Positions 13,684 to 15,893 of a stretch of DNA of 15,893 bases are shown here, one piece after another; within the stretch, counting starts at the first letter, position 1; the number at the start of each line of letters is the position of its first letter. This stretch comes from Bdellovibrionales bacterium (GTDB lineage Bacteria > Bdellovibrionota > Bdellovibrionia > Bdellovibrionales > JAMPXM01), in the NCBI GenBank assembly GCA_043739185.1, contig JAYUEN010000208.1:1-15893 (forward strand), in the 5' to 3' direction. A program made the translations under genes and the position numbers. The notes under the pieces are model-generated. The model saw nothing but the letters and a program-made list of their open reading frames with translations. It searched no databases and was not told the DNA's origin.

Positions 13684-15891
13684 TTATTCGATCTTGATTC
13701 GCTGGCCCGCAGAATAGGCGGCAAATTCTGGAGCATACATTGGCTGTAGCGTAGCCGGACTAACTTTGAATTCGCCGGCAGTGCTGGCGCGAATGCGGTA
13801 TTTGAAATTGTATTCACCTTGAGGAAGATGTTCGAAGAAGAAATTTGTTCCGCTATCGCGAATTTCTTCATACCAATAAATTCCGAGGTCCCATTTGTGT
13901 TGTGAGTTGACGGATGTTGGCTCAAAGCCAGCGCCTCGAGGATCGCGTAAGTGCACATAGTCGACTGGGTGTTTGGATCTTAAAGATATTTGTACCTCGA
14001 CCTCATCGCCTACATGAACGGCAGTACCTTCAGCTAAGGGAAGTAACTGAACTTCTTTGCCGATTGTCTTTCTTAAGAAAAATTTACGATCGACAGATAA
14101 AAAATCTCCTTCGGCTTTATCAGGTAGTTTTTCGGTAGAAAAGTGCCAGGTGGTTGAAGCAAACATCAAGCCGGGAGTCGATTTTTCAACAACAACCGGT
14201 AGCAAACTAGGCTTCACCTGATTTCCTTCAAAAACGATTTGATTTTTCTTGCCAGTATATTCGTCGGGTAGAAATTCAAGTGCGATGTTTTTTTCAGTTC
14301 CAATTTTGATGTTAACTGCTTCGCGTTTTCCCATTTGATTGGTTTTAGTTAAATAATGAGCGAGTGAATAAATAACCTCAGCCGTAGCGCGAGTGGATTG
14401 CCAGTGGTTGAGCTTTTTGTTTAGGAATATCCACTGAACGAGGCCGTCGCGCTTGGTATTGTCTGAGCCAAGCTCCATCAATGTCCGAAGTGCAAAGGCA
14501 TGAGTTTCAATGGTATCGTTGTACCACAACCAGCTGCGATCTTCTCGCGCCCAGTGTGTGCCTTCGTCTTGCGAATATTTTGCAGAATCCATGACGCTGT
14601 CCCAAACCAGTTTGGCGTCAGCGGGACGCTTCATGCGGTGGAGGGTGAGTGACAAATATCCCTTAAGATAGGGCGAATGATCGCGCCAGTGCTTAAAGCT
14701 AAAGTCGAGCATCGTCTTTCGTTCTTCGGCGGTAAAAACGTTTTGTCCCCAGGACTCGTCGGGATAATTTGACAAAACATAATTTAAAAGTGTGATGGTT
14801 TCCCAGCAAGAATTATGGGCCATGCAAATCGCTACCATTTCATCAATATAGTGCCTATGCAAATAGCCCCAAGCTTTTTGAATCATCGGTTTCGGCACAT
14901 CGACGCCGAATTCTAGAGCCTTTGAAAATCCGTAAGTCACATAGAGAGTAATATAAGGAGACGGCGGTCCACCCGGAAACCAAGGAAAGCCACCGAGTCC
15001 GGTCTGGGCTTTCTCAAGTTTTTTAAGAGCATCGAGCCTGCTTTCTTTGGCTATACTCGAATCTAGAATATTGGCAAGCTCCTCCTCTTTCTCGGCTCCA
15101 CCTTTGGATTCAACCAACCAGGGGGTTTCTTCAAGGCTCATTTTGCGATTGGCGTCGGGCTCATTGAAACTTTCAAGCCGCGTCTTTCGCTTAGACATAT
15201 TCTTCGCCATTTTTTCGATCGACGGGAATTTACTAAAAAGCGAAGTCATAATTCCGGTTGATAAAAAGCGATTGAGAGTTTGCTCAACGCACTCATAAGG
15301 ATAGTTGACGAGATAAGGAAGGGCAGAGAGTACTGAGTAAAACAATTGCGCATCAATTTGCACAACTAGTTTTTCACTAATTAAACTGGTGTCGTCCTTC
15401 TTAATCAGCTCATTGAAACTCATTTCACGTTTGTCTTTATTATTGAGAGTGACAAAGCGTGACTGCATAAGATGAAAGCGGCCTGGCAAAATAGGCAGCG
15501 GGCGCAATTCTCCGTCGGATGAGTTTTTTGATTTAGCTATAACCTTAAAATTGACCAGGCCTGGCTCAGCAGGAACATCAAGGGTCACTGAATAGTTAAA
15601 GCTTTTACCGGCTTCAACTGAAAATGGAATATTTTCGATTTTCTTTTTATCGAGTCCAAACTTGAATGAAACGTCTTGAGTCTGCTTTTCATCTAAGAGG
15701 TTGATATCAAGCTTTCCGGAAATACTTTTGTCAGAAGCATTGTTGACGACAATTTTTATGTGGGCTTTGTCGCCTTCTCTTAAAAATCGTGGTAAATAGG
15801 GGCGCACCATCAAATCTTTGACGGTTTGCATTTGCTTGGTAAGGCTCCCGGCCTTTAAGTCTTTGGTAAAAGTTTGCAGCCACAAATTCCA
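13684..15891 (-). CDS. Bacterial alpha-2-macroglobulin family protein, C-terminal part (5' truncated by the window)
   Basis: PRFLREGD, thioester motif YPYECVEQ, GGFPWFPG, WQSTRAT, GDEVEV, DPRGAGFEP, YEEIRD and MYAPEF. The frame stays open to the window edge (...WNLWLQTF). Confidence 0.95.
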   Translation of the reverse strand, partial: WNLWLQTFTKDLKAGSLTKQMQTVKDLMVRPYLPRFLREGDKAHIKIVVNNASDKSISGKLDINLLDEKQTQDVSFKFGLDKKKIENIPFSVEAGKSFNYSVTLDVPAEPGLVNFKVIAKSKNSSDGELRPLPILPGRFHLMQSRFVTLNNKDKREMSFNELIKKDDTSLISEKLVVQIDAQLFYSVLSALPYLVNYPYECVEQTLNRFLSTGIMTSLFSKFPSIEKMAKNMSKRKTRLESFNEPDANRKMSLEETPWLVESKGGAEKEEELANILDSSIAKESRLDALKKLEKAQTGLGGFPWFPGGPPSPYITLYVTYGFSKALEFGVDVPKPMIQKAWGYLHRHYIDEMVAICMAHNSCWETITLLNYVLSNYPDESWGQNVFTAEERKTMLDFSFKHWRDHSPYLKGYLSLTLHRMKRPADAKLVWDSVMDSAKYSQDEGTHWAREDRSWLWYNDTIETHAFALRTLMELGSDNTKRDGLVQWIFLNKKLNHWQSTRATAEVIYSLAHYLTKTNQMGKREAVNIKIGTEKNIALEFLPDEYTGKKNQIVFEGNQVKPSLLPVVVEKSTPGLMFASTTWHFSTEKLPDKAEGDFLSVDRKFFLRKTIGKEVQLLPLAEGTAVHVGDEVEVQISLRSKHPVDYVHLRDPRGAGFEPTSVNSQHKWDLGIYWYEEIRDSGTNFFFEHLPQGEYNFKYRIRASTAGEFKVSPATLQPMYAPEFAAYSAGQRIKIE

Positions 15892-15893
15892 GG

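Noticed and set aside
225..15298. Short alternative-frame and antisense ORFs (e.g. 225..446, 349..585, 2599..2943, 8489..8737, 9832..10239, 11826..12116, 13662..13958, 15047..15298)
   Set aside because: They lie within or across well-supported genes and have no recognisable motifs; treated as shadow ORFs.
5197..15891. Protease and alpha-2-macroglobulin as a cognate protease/inhibitor pair
   Set aside because: They are over 7 kb apart in separate transcription units; nothing in the sequence links them.

Overview
Gene-dense bacterial window with 15 protein genes, the first and last cut by the window edges. I saw no rRNA, tRNA, CRISPR array or mobile element. The many secreted or Cys-rich orphans, an RCC1-repeat protein, a papain-like protease and a sigma28-like promoter suggest a Bdellovibrionota/Oligoflexia-like organism (inference only). 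Gene order: RCC1 repeat protein (3' part), MBOAT acyltransferase fused to a 4-TM domain, GNAT, secreted Cys-rich protein, PAI-like FAD enzyme with a Tat/lipoprotein signal, C1 protease, OM beta-barrel, winged-helix regulator, divergent PspA/IM30 + ~14-TM protein + MFS(LplT)-acyltransferase fusion, small secreted protein, DCC/DUF393, secreted protein, alpha-2-macroglobulin (3' part). The best candidate for an undescribed system is 7237-12234. An atypical PadR-like regulator lies head-to-head with a non-canonical PspA operon. The shared intergenic region carries two identical palindromic cores, GTTACAATGTAAC (8039-8051 and 8156-8168), placed like repressor operators for both promoters. A lysophospholipid salvage gene follows downstream.
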